From: Heteronotia binoei
Lineage: Eukaryota
DNA length: 64,000 bases
NCBI RefSeq assembly: GCF_032191835.1
Contig: NC_083227.1
Span: 39,928,001 to 39,992,000, forward strand
Reading direction: 5' to 3'
Shown here: positions 1 through 12,769 of the stretch, one piece after another
How positions within the stretch are numbered: position 1 is the first letter of the stretch
How the letters are laid out: each line of letters opens with the position of its first letter
Translations under genes and position numbers: made by a program
The notes under the pieces: generated by a model
Told to the model about the DNA's origin: nothing
Database searches by the model: none
Seen by the model: only the letters and a program-made list of their open reading frames with translations

Positions 1-68
1 TGAAACAAATAAAGGGGTTGATGATATCTCTCCTTGAAAATTGCTTTCTTGTTATTTTAGTTCTTTTG

Positions 69-230
69 CTCAAGTTGCAACCAACTTGTGGCAACCCTGT
101 AGATTTTTCAAGGCAAGAGATGCTCAGAGGTGGCTTGCCATTGCTTGCCCTTGCATAGCAACCCTTGTGTTCCTTGGCGGTCTCCCATCCAAATACCAAC
201 CAGGGCTGACCCCTGCTTAGCATCCAAGTT
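69..230 (-). mobile_element. 5S rRNA-derived SINE (5S head plus RTE/Sauria-type tail)
   Basis: 176-228 (ggcggtctcccatccaaataccaaccagggctgacccctgcttagcatccaag) is the reverse complement of a diverged 3' half of 5S rRNA, fused to an RTE-like tail (gtggcttgccattgcttgcc). Confidence 0.7.
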
Positions 231-1002
231 CTCTGATCCTGTGGTAGTAGCAGGCCTTTTTATATGCCACTTTCCTGCCCTCTAGTGGTGAGACCAAGAA
301 TTTTATCATGTTATATTTGTTGAATGGCCCTCATACTCCAAAGTTTAAGAGCAACAGGTTGTGGCTCAGACTTCACAATTGCTTGCACATATCAGCCAAG
401 ACCTTTCTTGGCCCCATGGCCTCCACTGCACATGAGGAAATCAAATGTAATTTGCAGGGGAAAGTCTATTCATTAGATCTCACACTGATTTTTAAAAAAT
501 CTACAAAAAGCAGTGCTTGCCCTCCTTATTGAAGAGATCACATTGGCTGTTGAGGAACACAGCAGATGTAAAAATGGTTGCAATATGCCAGAGATGTCTT
601 CATTCTTTGCAGCATCCTGTTATCTGATTTCCCAGCATGCCATTTTTTCTCATATGCTCCATTTCTTCTGTGATTGTGCTGTTTTATAACTAAGCAAATC
701 CCACAGTGAGGCCTTGAAACCTTCCTCCAAACTTCAGTCAACATGGGGAAATCATTCGTTTTCAGCAGGCAATGGGTTGAATCCAGCACGAAATGCCCAC
801 TTGCACTAGAGCTCTAACGCATGTGGAAGTGCAAGAGAAAGACCGTTCTAGCTGCAAGCGCCAAGTCAAATTTACTGTATCATCACTTGCATTTCTGCTT
901 GCACAAGATTTTGTGCAACCAATTTCCAGGCACAAGGATATAGAGAGGAAAATGTTGGGCATTGCCCAAGATCTTGCACACACAATTGCAGAAAAGTCCA
1001 TT

Positions 1003-1190
1003 TTGCTCCCTCTAAGCTGTGGAGTCTTGTGAGCAAAAGTTGTATTTCATGAGCTACCGAAATTAAAGCTGTGAGGAGCAATTAACTTGCTCGGGGGCCA
1101 TTTCTCCCGAGCAAAGACAAAAATGTGTGAGCGAGGGGCTAAAAAACTGTGAGTTGACTCACACTAACTCAGCTTTAGAGAGAACTCTGG
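1003..1190. mobile_element. Non-autonomous DNA element (MITE-like), same family as 55222-55410
   Basis: Ends ctctaagctgtggagtcttgtgagc ... ctcacactaactcagctttagagagaactctgg; inverted match to the copy at 55222-55410. Confidence 0.55.
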
Positions 1191-3460
1191 TTTCTACTTG
1201 CACACCACAGGGTCCAAACCAGCTTTTTAAATCCTAAAAATGAAGCAGTTTCCTTTTACAACAAGGATAGACAAGAAATTGCTATATTACTGATAAGCCT
1301 CTTGTCCAGCATGTTCCTGCTTCTCACTATCAGTGGCATGCTAGAGTAGCCTGCCTTTCCCTAGTGGCCAGCCATAAGGCCTCCATAAAGCTCCATCCCC
1401 CAAATGATCTAACTTGAAGACACTGTATAGCTTCCTTTGCTTCAGAAGGCAGACAGAAGCAACCTCACCCCTTACCCGGGAACTGGAACCTCACTGCTTT
1501 CTACATTGTGTCAGGCACATTCGTGTGGCACAAGAAATAAACTGATAACAGTTTTGCCATGTTAAAAACATCCATCAGGGGAGATGGCCACCTGTGCTGC
1601 ATCATTCACCGAACAAGAGGCACACTCAGATGGGTTGATTACTGAAGAAATCCACGAAATGAGCATGACATTCAACCACCAAACCTTCCCCCTTGAAACT
1701 GAAGCATGCCTCTGACTTTACATTCAGAATAAGGAACAGGCCTCAGCAATCAGATGGGAAACCCTGCTCTGTGGAATAGCGTGGAGGTCCACATACAGGC
1801 AATGGTGTTTTGTGAAACCCTATGCAACCAGGCTGTGCTTATTTTAAGTTATTCACTTTTGAAGGAGAGGCACACTGACAGTGTTGCGTGGTGTGATCCA
1901 TGGGTAATTCTGGGGATGTACAGACATCCATTTTCATCAGACTGCGAGTAGAAAAAGCAAATTAGGCAATGTGAGCTACACAGTGGGAAAAGGAACTTCA
2001 TCCCTGTGTCACATCTGCCGGGGACTTTTTGGATCCATGCATGATCGAAGGAAGGAGCTTTACACAGGAAGAATCCGAAGCAAGGTGGGAAAGTCAAAGG
2101 ATTTAACTGATCGTTGTGTCGTCACTGAAACGGCTTCGCTGCTGAGAATTCTCATACTTCGAACGTGCTGAATGGCCTTGAACTCATCTTTTATTTTCAA
2201 ATGTGTATTTATTGGTTTTAACTCAGTTTTGTTAGCCAAACCTTGAGCAAAATTTTTTGGAAAGGCAAGATAAAAAATATTCCAAATAAATAATAATGAC
2301 AGCATGTCGTCCATCTCAAAAGGACCAGTGGTTTCTGTTAGCGCACCTGGACCCTCTTTGGACTGGGCCCAGCATCTCAGTTTTGATGCAAATCTCCAAT
2401 TCCACAGGAGAGCAGAATTGGACACACCTCCTTCCCCAACCTACTCCACCATTCACATCTCCACGACGCATTAAAATTCTCCACAATCCCAGTCACATTA
2501 CGTCCAGTGGACCCTGCTCCCCCTTCCAGGTTCCCCCCCTTTACTTCCACCCTCCCAAACAAGACAGTCTCTTACAGGTTTCCACAACATAATGGGGGGG
2601 GGAACCAAACAATTAAAAAAAACAACAGAAACTACAGAGGGAAAAGGCATCCTTTCAGAAAGACACACCTGCAAACAACAAAGGTAGTCAAGTAGCAACA
2701 ACGAAGTGGAACCAAGGCTTGTATTTCTGCGTGCTGGAAAAATTTAGGGCAGTACGGAGAACTGGAGGCTACCCCAAGAGGCAGCTGTGTGTGTCACTCT
2801 AAACTCCAAAGCTGTGACCGAGGAGGACGAGGAGGGAGGGAAAGGGCAGGTAACAGGGATACAGGTGGAGGCAGTGGGGCTGGTACCCAGAGGGGTCTTC
2901 ACAGCTGAGGCACGGAGAGAGAGAGAAAGCAAAGGCAGTGTATGGAAAGACAAAGAGGCACGAGGGGAGCTGGGTGTTGTAGAGGTATGTCGACAGGAAC
3001 TGGAGGAAGGGGAAGGTGCCACCTTTGCTGGCAAAAGGGGGCTTCATCACTGCCATTCCCAAAGCACCACCCATTTCCCACCTGGTTCATCACTGATACA
3101 AATATTTAATTGAGAAGCAGACAAAAAAAAAATCAGCCAAGGAATCCGGATGGCTCTGTCAATACATTCTATGCGGGGCAGGACGGGCAGCACCAGACGG
3201 ACTCACCAGCCACAGATAAGACAATAACAGCAGCAGCACTGGCACGAGACAGACAGGGAGAGGAATGCGCGTGCCCTCCCTTCCCTCCCCCCCAAGATGG
3301 CGTGAGCACCGGCACAAAACAGATTCAGGGGGTGGGGCTGGATGCATGTGCCCTGCCTTGCCCTCCCCTCCCTCCCCCCTTTACCCCAGAGCCGGGGCAG
3401 CGTCAGTCCCTGGTTGGGGTTGGAGTTGGGGCTCTCCTCCCCGCTGTGGCAGGGTGGGGT

Positions 3461-3684
3461 TCAGTGCTGCATGGCCCCAGCGTGGTTTTGGTCGGGTGGC
3501 TCTGACTTCTGGGGGCTGCTGCCCTCTGAAGGACCAGCTTCCCCTGCTTTATCCTGCGCTTTCCCCCGCTGGCCTTTCTTGTGGCCTCGGATACAGTGAG
3601 CGTTGCCACAGCCTTCATCGTCCTCGTCCTCACTCTCCGTCGAGCTCTCGCCAAAAGCCCGGGGCTTCTCGTAGATGCAGCAAC
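3461..3684 (-). CDS. PPP1R11: PPP1R11 (PP1 inhibitor-3) coding exon 3 (last)
   Basis: Acceptor ctgcag|GT, phase 1; encodes (C)[37 protein letters not shown]...MQH*, matching the known PPP1R11 C-terminus; TGA at 3461-3463. Confidence 0.97.
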
Positions 3685-4289
3685 CTGCAGAGGGGTAGGG
3701 AGAGAATGGCAAGAAGGGAGAATTGGGAGGCAGAGCCACAGCAGGGAACACCAAGGGAGAGAAAAGGAAGGAGATGATAAGGTGGGAGAGAGGAAAGACC
3801 AATATCATGCAGAGGGACAAAGGGAGCGAGGGGGGAGAGCAGCATGTTTTTAACAAGCGGATAAAAAGAAAATCAAAACATGGGAGAGGGAAGAGCAATC
3901 GCAAGGCAAAAGGTTAATAAAGTAGTGTAGGAGGGTAACCAAGAGGGAGAAGAGAGACAAAGAGAAAAAATCAGAACACAACATCTGCCAACTGTTCACA
4001 TCCCTAGGGTGAACATCAGTCCTGTATCCCTCTCGTGCACAGGACTTCCTTCACTCTGGGAGAAGGAAAAGGAAATGTGGACTATTTCTCCCTGTGTGAT
4101 GTCAGCTCTGCTTGGCACAAGCCTCCTCATCTTCTGCAGGGTGTGACTTTTGGCATTCAGAATGTACAATTTTAAAATTTGCAATTTGATAAGAATTAGA
4201 AACCAGAATGGCTTCAAAATTTCCAGAAAATTTACATCTCCATGTATATCTGCCTAGCACTCTCTTATGCCACTCTCGCACCAAGGAGC

Positions 4290-4430
4290 TCAAAGCGGCA
4301 TCGACGGTTCTCATTTCCCCCATTTTATCCTCACGACAACTGTGTGAGGTTGAGCGTGACTAGCCAAACTCATAAGTGAACTTCATGGTAGGATAGGGAT
4401 TTAAACCTGGCTCTCCTACCTGACACTCTA
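4290..4430 (-). mobile_element. Old Squam3/Ther1-like SINE remnant
   Basis: cccattttatcctcacgacaactgtgtgaggt...gggatttaaacctggctctcc resembles the younger copies elsewhere in the window. Confidence 0.4.
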
Positions 4431-4528
4431 CCCCTACTCTGGCATGCACACAGCCAGGGGCTCATAGAAGAAAGGAGCAAACAGAGATGAAGAAAAACAA
4501 ACTCAGTAGTATGTGCAGTAGTATGTGC

Positions 4529-5232
4529 GAAAAGGATCTAGGGGTCTTAGTGGCTCATACGCTGAACATGAGTCAACAGTGTGATGCTGTGGCAAAAAGG
4601 CAAATGCAATTTTGGGCTGTATCAACAGAAGTATAGTGTCCAGATCACGTGATGTGATGGTATCACTTTACTCTGCTCTGGTAAGACCTCACCTGGAGTA
4701 CTGTGTTCAGTTTTGGGCCCCACATTTTAAGAAGGATATAGACAGGCTGGAAAGGGTCCAGAGGAGGGCAACGAAGATGGGCAACGAAGGGGTCTGGAGA
4801 CCAAGTCCTATGAAGAAAGGTTGAAGAGGCTGGGGATGTTTAGCTTGGAGAGGAAGCGGCTGAGAGGTGATATGATCACCATCTTCAAGTACTTGAAGGG
4901 CTGTCATATAGAGGATGGTATGGAATTGTTTTCTGTGGCCCCAGAAGGTAGGACCAGAACCAATGGGTTGAAATTAAATCAAAAGAGTTTCCAGCTCATT
5001 AGGAAGAACTTCCTGACCATTAGAGCGATTCCTCAGTGGAACAGGCTTCCTCGGGAGGTGGTGGGCTCTCCTTCCTTGGAGGTTTTTAAACAGAGGCTAG
5101 ATGGCCATCTGACAGCAATGAAGATCCTGTGAATTTAGGGGGAGGTGTCTGTGAGTTTCCTGCATTGTGCAGGGGGTTGGACTAGATGAGCCTGGAGGTC
5201 CCTTCCAACTCTATGATTCTATGTTTCTATGA
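4529..5232 (+). mobile_element. CR1 LINE 3' fragment (end of ORF2 plus 3' UTR)
   Basis: Translates to [36 protein letters not shown] / RLGMFSLERKRLRGDMITIFKYLKG; ends in the (ATTCTATG)n tail typical of CR1. Confidence 0.92.
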
Positions 5233-5381
5233 AACTCAAGGAAAACAAGGGGGGAGGGGGAAAGTTCCTACCCACCCATTTGATGAAGGACAGGAAAGGC
5301 TCTGAGCAGTGTAAGGTCCACTTGGGGGTGTGGGTCTTGGAATAGATTCCTGAATGGGTGTCAACAAACTCATACCTCACA

Positions 5382-5566
5382 CAGGGCTTTTTTTTGTAGC
5401 ACGACCTCCTTTGCATATTAGACCACAAACCCCTGATGTAGCCAATTCTCCAAGAGCTTTCAGGGCTCTTCTTACAGGTCCTACTGTAAGCTCTTGGAAG
5501 ATTGGCTATATCAGGGAGGTGTAGCCTAATATGCAAAGGAGTCCCTGCTAGAAAAAAAAAACCCTG
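5382..5566. mobile_element. Palindromic MITE (cagggc...accctg)
   Basis: Whole element is an imperfect inverted repeat; possible 8-bp TSD acctcaca/acctcaga; half copy at ~55829-55921. Confidence 0.7.
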
Positions 5567-6655
5567 CACCTCAGATAAGGCAAACTATTAGTGAACCTCT
5601 CTCAATCTTTTCTTCCTCAACCAAAACCCTGACGATGTCCAAGGATAAAACCTTGAAGGAAAACATGAATGTGACAAAGGACACCCACTTGATAAATGTC
5701 ACCTACTCCTGTTGCCCCCTCTCCGCCAGTCCTGCCTGGCTTTGGTGCAGATGGGAATGCATCTGGCCAGATCCAGGAAGGCCATTTCAGGTGCTCCCCA
5801 ATTCTGTTCACTCGAGCCTGCCCCCTCCCATTCCTTCACTTCCCTCTCCCTCTCTGGACTGACTTATCAAGCCCCATCTATGCCACAAATCACTGTCACA
5901 CTTCTCCCACCCCTGCCATCTGTAATCAACCAAAACCCTCTGGCCCCTCTCCTCCTGCTTTCAAGTCCTGCAGCTTCCCCGCAATTTATCTCCTTTCAAT
6001 GCATTCTCCCTACATCTAATGATAACACAGATGTTCAGGCTTTGAATTACTCTCAGATACACTAGCATTACCCTTCCTTTCCGCCCCGCCCTGCTTCCTA
6101 CCATCACTCCCTTCTTCCATCAATTCAGCTAAAGCCAAAATAGCCACTCTCTCTCTCCTCCCTATCCCATTACAACTATCATGTGATGTGCTCTCTTCTA
6201 GCTTTCAGCCAGAATTGCTGAGTGCCCAAGATACCTTTGAACAGATGCCAGTTACCAGCAGGAAACAGACTGAGAAAGGCCCAAGCAATTTTTCCTCTGT
6301 ACAAAGGATCTCGGTTCCAACCCAAGCTCTGCCCTTGGGTTTTTATGCAGGGAAGTTAGAGCAGGAGACAGACAGGAGGCTTTCTCTTTCTAGGGAGCCT
6401 TCAGCTTTGGTCTGGCATGATACTAGAGATTGCAGATGAGACCGGTACAAGATTACACAGGAGCTTCCTGCACACCATGTATATATTCCCACAAGGGATT
6501 CCCCCCCCCCATATGTAGAAATCTGCAAATCTCTAGGAACAAGCGCCAGGAATCTCAATTCACAACTACCTTCCTTCCCCCAACGCTCTGATCTGACACA
6601 CTAGAGCAGGCATGACCAACTTCAGTGCTTATGGAGGCCCCTCTATCATCTACAC

Positions 6656-7163
6656 CAGGGGTGTCAAACTCATTTGTTATGAGGGCCAAATTTTACATAA
6701 ATGAGACCTTGCTGGACCAGGCTGGGCCATGTCGGGCCGGGCCATGTGCGTACCTATTTAAGATTAGGTAGCAGAGATATAAACTTTATAAAGGACACAG
6801 AAAACACAACTAAAAAACCCCATCCATCCTTAAAATAAAACATGCTTAAAACATTAGCACTTGTTTATCTTAAAGGTGCTTTCTTTTTATTTCTCCCATG
6901 GGATCCAGGGAACTGGGCAAAAGAAGCTCTGGCTCTTTCCCTCCCTCCCCAGGGGACCAGGAGGGGAAAATGCCTCAACCAATGGAGAAAATCAAGATTT
7001 TGCTCTGTAGCTCCTGTGCTTTTGAGCAAGCCTTGCAAAGCAAGCTGTGATGCAGAAGGAAGCAAGAGGGAGGGAGAGCAGACAAGAGCCAGTTGCTTGG
7101 GGGCCTGATAGGAGCCCTTTGTGTGTCTGATTTGGCCCCCAGGCCGCATGTTTGATACCCCTG
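6656..7163. mobile_element. hAT-type non-autonomous DNA transposon
   Basis: TIRs caggggtgtcaaac / gtttgatacccctg; 8-bp TSD atctacac (6648-6655) / atctacat (7164-7171). Partial inverted copy at ~60430-60610. Confidence 0.85.
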
Positions 7164-8792
7164 ATCTACATAGTGGTCTGAGAGCCAGAAGTGTATGTTG
7201 CCAAAAAAAAGCCAAGGCCTTCATGCATTCATAATAAAGCCAATGCCATCCAGCAGCAAATGTTTCCCAGCTGTGGCTCACTTATGCTCAGACCTAGCAT
7301 TACATGTAAATGCATATATTTACACGTAACATACATGTTTAATTTGCACCTAACAAAGTGTGAAATATTTTCCTGCAGTTTGGAAATAATTTTCTTTACA
7401 AATTAAATCATATGTTGACTATGATTTGGCGGAGATATTGCATCTATGAAATCCTCTCCTTTTAAGAAACAACACGTATTCCCATTTTTAAGGCTGTTTA
7501 GATGGACAGACAGATAGAATGGCCTTAAAATATATTGGGCCTTGGCTTGAAGGAGGCTGCTTTTGGCCTTCTCCGCCTCTGACACAGTTGGGGGGAAAAA
7601 ACAACTGTTCATGCTGATCCATGGAACAGTGTGTTCTAAATAGTCCGGAACCAATGCGAGACAAAGAAAAGCCTCTTGAAAGGAACACGAATTGAAATAG
7701 AGGAAATTTTCTACAACAAATAGAGGAAATTGCCAAGAATTGGTTGAATCATCTCCCAAGTATGAACATCAGAAACTCTTGAACTGGACAAGAGGGGCTT
7801 TCCAACCCATAATAGTGTTGTTCATCATGTATTTGCCTCATGAATTGAGAAATGAAAGGGAGTGAGGCAAGCTAATTTACCAAAATGAGGGGACACAAAT
7901 TATTTGACAATATCCAACTTGGACTGTAAGCTTCCAGAGAGTTATAAGAGGTACCAACAATCCAAATAAGTGATGCTTCTGAGTTATTTAGATAATGGTT
8001 AATTATGCAAGTCAAGACGCAAAAGGTAAATCCCACCACCACTGAACAAGATAAAAAAGAGTCATATCCCGATAGGATATCGACATATATTTTATCGCCT
8101 TTTTGCTCTATGTTCTCTTCTCTCTGTGTTAAAACTTGCTGCTGTGTAAATCTCCTAGTTTGACTGCTCCAATGAGCAAGAACCATCCAACTCTTTTTTT
8201 AAGCAATGTATTTTATTTCATTTATACTTTGCCTTTCTACCCAATAGTGACACAAACAGCATTACATTCTTCTCCTCTCCTCTGTTTTATCCTTACAACA
8301 AACCTGTCCCTGAGGTCAACCAGCAAGCTGCTGTGGCAGAGTGAGGATTGGAACCTGAGTCCCCCTGAACCTAGTCTGATACTCTGACTTTTGTCATTTT
8401 GGTCTTGAAAATCAGTAAAACAATTAACAGCAATTCTCTGTTATACAGGCTAGCACTGTAGAGAACAGGCTGGATCCAAACAGAGTTTCCACTGATAAAA
8501 ACACAAGGAGGGAGTCCCCTTTGACAACTAAAAAAGGCTACGCTGGAGATCACGGGACCCGCACGGACAAAAGCCACATTGGACAGGGGCTGTAATAAGA
8601 AGGAGAATTACACAAGACTGAACAAAAAAAATCTGTCTGGATCTAATCCAAGGACTGCTAACCTCTGCTTTTAAAGTTTATTTTCAAGAATTATGGGGAA
8701 TTTCCTGGATTAGCCTTGACGTCACCATTCTTGCTTTATGAAAGTCATAGGATTTATTAACCATTTCATATTTTTTCACTGAGTGCTTAACT

Positions 8793-9072
8793 AGAAGAAG
8801 AAGAATTGCAGATTTATACCCCGCCCTTCTCTCTGAATCAGAGACTCAGAGTGGCTTACAATCTCCTATATCTTCTCCCCGCACTAGACACCCTGTGAAG
8901 TGGGTGGGGCTGAGAGGACTCTCACAGCAGCTGCCCTTTCAAGGACAACCACCACCAGAGCTATGGCTGACCCAAGGCCATTCCAGCAGCTGCAAGTGGA
9001 GGAGTGAGGAATCAAACCCGGTTCTCCCAGATAAGAGTCCACGCACTTAACCACTACACAAAACTGGCTCTC
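8793..9072 (-). mobile_element. Squam3-type SINE (tRNA-derived head, L2-like tail)
   Basis: (GAA)n tail complement, gatttataccccgcccttctc L2-like end, and ttaaccactacac-aaactggctctc head; near-identical copies at 20017, 48483, 50325, 61325. Confidence 0.8.
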
Positions 9073-9605
9073 TAAATACTATCATGATTTTTCCCCCCAA
9101 AGGGGCTTTGTTTTTCTCGTTCCAAAGAATAAAAGTTAAAGTTCATCCAAGTTTATAAACCGGGGAAGGGGGAGAGAATAGACAGGAGAGCTGCTGGGGG
9201 TGGCATAAAATAGCCCAAGGGCTTGGATTCAGCCCATGGCCTTCCAGTGCAGTAGAACCTGCTTCCACAACACAGCTGAGAAATATACTCCAGGAATCCA
9301 ACCTTTCCTCAACCATCCGTCCAGTCATCTCTGTTCACCAAACTGACAAGCGAAGGACCTTGGCCCCCACAACTGGTCCTCAAGCTATATACAATCCAGC
9401 ATTCCTACGCTCCTATTATCCAGTTGCCACATTTCCTTAGGATTTGGTAAACATACACCCTCCCATAGGGTCAGAAGGAACCTGGGTAGAGGGAGCTGTT
9501 AGCCACTGGGATCAAAAGGTGTAGGCAACACGTTTGTGGGTCATCTGACCGTTCAACACAGAAGATGGAGGCTTACATAACGGCACAAATGAGCGTGCCA
9601 CTTAC

Positions 9606-9714
9606 ATTTGGAAGATCGGCGTCCCAAGTGTTCATTGTCCACCGTGTCACTTGACCATTCCACCTTCTTGGCTGGCTTTCGTTTCCTCAGCTTGATGGTA
9701 AGGCTGCGATTCTC
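9606..9714 (-). CDS. PPP1R11: PPP1R11 coding exon 2
   Basis: 109 bp, cag|GAG...AAAT|gtaagt; encodes [36 protein letters not shown](C), including the RVxF-type KKVEW PP1-docking motif. Not in the ORF track. Confidence 0.97.
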
Positions 9715-10099
9715 CTGCCCACCCATTTGATGTGGACAGAGAGAAAGAGGAAAAGTTTTCAGTTGCAGTACAAATGAAAAGGATATGTTTCTCTCTATAA
9801 ATGTGACAGACTGAAATGGAATCTTTTCTATAGTGGCTCATCTGCTGAGAGACGCTGCACAATGGCCACAAAGCCTACATGTATTGCAGAAGATTCTGGG
9901 GGCACGTTCAAGGCCTACTGAGTCTTGCCTCCTCGCCTTAGAAAATACCCAAAACAAAATGGAGAAAAGTATCATACCATCATTGGTGGGCAAACTATAT
10001 TTCAGGAGACATTCTCTGCCATCACTGATCTTCTCAGCTTTGGTAACTTCTAAAGAACTGCCATGTTTTATACAGAGTCAGAAGCAATCTTACATAGAG

Positions 10100-10268
10100 T
10101 CAGAGCACGGGCTCACCTAGCTTAGAGCTGTCTGTTCAGACTGGCAGCGGCTTTCCTCGGTCTCAGACAGAGAAAGACATTTCTCCAAGTATCATTTAGC
10201 AGAAGATGCCAGGGATTGATCGTGGGCTCTTATAAAAAGCAAATGCTCCATCACTGAGCCACAGCCAG
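10100..10268 (-). mobile_element. Degraded tRNA-derived SINE (same family as 53812-54025)
   Basis: cagactggcagcggct... and gcaaatgctccatcactgagccacagcc match the 53812-54025 copy. Confidence 0.45.
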
Positions 10269-11399
10269 TCCTCTTTTAAAAAGCCATCATTCTACAACAA
10301 AATAAAATGGGCCACCTGAAAGAGGAAATCTGCAAATCAGGACATTTGTTAACTAAAAATCCTCCCTAATCCCCATGTTTTTCTTGTTAAGTTTCACCCA
10401 TGCGATATCATCCTTAGGCCAAGCAGGATGTAATGTTACTGGCTTTTCTGACTAAGGAGCTGGGAGGAGCTAGGCTAAAATGGTCATTTCTCTTGTAGTC
10501 CCATCCTGCTGTGTGACACTGTGAAAATCCAGTGCAGGTTAGGTGGTGCTCTGTCAAGAAAACAGGCACAACTACTACTTCAGCAAGGGAACTCCACAGG
10601 CTACTGATGGGATCAGAGGATGCACCACTTTATTGGGTATGTATATTTCTGTATGCTGCATACCTTCAAAAAACACTTGACAAAAGGTTCTGAAAAGTGT
10701 ACAATACTAAAAAGAGCAGGGAGGAAGACCACAATGATTTGCAGTTCTGTCTCATGGAACACACAATGGGAAGTCTCCCTGTGCTACAGCATTGCTGTGG
10801 GAGAGTTTCTAGATCCCCTTCCACTTCAGTTCCAGTTTCCATGCTCTAAAGCTGACATCTCTTTGAATACTTTATTCTCCATAATCTCTGCACAGACTGG
10901 CTCCCATGGACTGCAGATTCACTGGCTTTTGCATCCTGGCTTCCTTCACTTCCGAAACCTCTCCTGAGTTGCCATGGTTTCTGTCAAACAAGAAACACCT
11001 TCCTTTCTTATTACAGGATTGTTCAACTCTCCTACACACATCTAACCAAGGGTTCACCCACATGGTTAAAGGCCACTGGGGACTTCAGGTGTACCCACTG
11101 GCTCTAGTCTGTAACTTAAACATGGTATACACCCTATTATCATTGTTACAATTACGAAGATGCTCCTGTCTTGCCAGAATAAATACAAGGTGACAGCCTT
11201 CCCTAACAGACTTGCAGGGCTGCTAGTGCCACAACTTTCAAGACGCCATGGGAGAAATTGGCTGACACTGACAGCAGATTTGATTACTGTCTGCTGAGGT
11301 AGCTGGATGGACTGCAGTGATTCTGCTCTCCTGCCTCTTGCCCTGATATAGAGCTCTAATATTCCATAAATGTGTACTTGCCTAAAGTATTTTTTATCC

Positions 11400-11545
11400 T
11401 TTGGAGGTTTTTAGACAGAGACTAGATGGTCATCTGACAGCAATGCTGATTCTGTGAACTTAGGGGGAGGTATTTGTGAGTTTCCTGCATTGTGCAGGGG
11501 ATTGGACTAGATGATCCCGGAGGTCCCTTCCAGCTCTATGATGTC
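11400..11545 (+). mobile_element. Short CR1 3' end
   Basis: ttggaggtttttagacagagactagatggtcatctgacagcaatg...ggtcccttccagctctatg, same family as the 5060-5232 tail. Confidence 0.8.
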
Positions 11546-11759
11546 TATATTTACAGAACCTTGCCAGAATCCTGAGGCTCGTCTCCTTGACATGCAATAA
11601 ATGGGCCAGTGACCAAATCAACCAACCTAAACCTCTCCTAGTAGAGCTTGTGACATGCCTGACTCTTTCCCTCCACTTTAAAATTCACCTGATTGCTAGA
11701 TGTGTCTCTTATTACTTGTATCCATTTAGATATTTATACTGGTTTTCTCACCAACAGGA

Positions 11760-11935
11760 CCCAAACCAACTTATGCTGTTCTTCATACCTCCACTGCATC
11801 CTCACAACAGCTGCCCTGTGAGGTAGGTTAGGCTGTGATAGAGTGACTGGTCCATGATCACCCAAGAAACTTCCATGAGAGAAGATTCGAACCTGGGTCT
11901 CCCAGGTTAGTATGACTTTCTAGCCACACCACCAC
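11760..11935 (-). mobile_element. Older Squam3-like SINE
   Basis: catcctcacaacagctgccctgtgaggtaggttaggctg...gattcgaacctgggtctcccagg. Confidence 0.5.
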
Positions 11936-12187
11936 ACCTACACTCTGGACAGCTATCTTTCCTGCCCAGCCACCTTGCTTACTCGCTACAGTGGTTATTT
12001 TGAAGAAAAAAGAAAGCATGGTCTGAAAACACCCTTGCTGAAGCAGGACTGGGGCTAGTCAGCACCTGGAGACCACACATGAGAAGGTAGGGAAACAGGA
12101 TTTTGCCTCCTTCCTATCACAAAATTCAAGGCAGCCAACTTAAAGACTGGCTGACTAAAAGACCTCCTGCGCTATACGCGACAAGAC

Positions 12188-12325
12188 CAGGGGTGGCCAA
12201 ACTGTGGCTCAGGAGTCACATGTGGCTCTTTCACACATATTGTGTGGCTTTTGAAGCCCCCACTGCATTGTCAGCTGACTCATAAAAAGTATTTCTCTCT
12301 TTAAGTCACTTCGCCAAGCCACCTG
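12188..12325. mobile_element. hAT-like MITE 5' part, interrupted by a CR1 tail
   Basis: caggggtggccaaactgtggctc terminus similar to the 6656 element. Confidence 0.5.
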
Positions 12326-12329
12326 GTGA

Positions 12330-12495
12330 ACATAAGAGAAGCCATGCTGGATCAGGCCAATGGCCCATCCAGTCCAACACTCTGTGTCACACAGTGGCCA
12401 TATATACACACACACACACACACACTGTGGCTAATAGCCGCTGATGGACCTTTGCTCCATATTTTTACCCAATCCCCTCTTGAAGCTGGAGAATG
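12330..12495 (-). mobile_element. CR1 3' UTR fragment with (CA)n
   Basis: aacataagagaagccatgctggatcaggccaatggcccatccagtccaacactctgtgtcacacagtggc, the same tail as 18470, 32990, 49035 and 63430. Confidence 0.85.
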
Positions 12496-12769
12496 CATTT
12501 AAAGTTAAAGTTTCCTTTCCTCCTTTTCCAACCATTTGCTTTCCTGCCTGCCTTCCTGTATTGTCAAACATCTTATGTTTATTCTATGTGGCTCTTACAT
12601 CAAGCAAGTCTGGCCACCCTGGACTAGACCCATACCTTCCTAGCTTCAGCGAGGTGGCAGCATCACCTGCTTTCAGATTATACCTTGGGACCAATAACAA
12701 AAAAACCCTACGCACATTAAACGCATCAGAAGCATCCAGAATGAGGGAGCTGGTGGCAAGCAAAGGACA

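Noticed and set aside
176-228. 5S rRNA gene
   Set aside because: Only a diverged 3' half fused to a retroposon tail, so a SINE head rather than an rRNA gene.
1-2200. RNF39 3' exons, expected tail-to-tail with PPP1R11 from human synteny
   Set aside because: No B30.2/SPRY-like translation recognised in any frame; the region looks like UTR, intergenic DNA and MITEs.
2744-3917. Several overlapping 60-170 aa ORFs
   Set aside because: Low-complexity purine/pyrimidine tracts of the PPP1R11 intron and 3' UTR; only 3461-3684 is coding.
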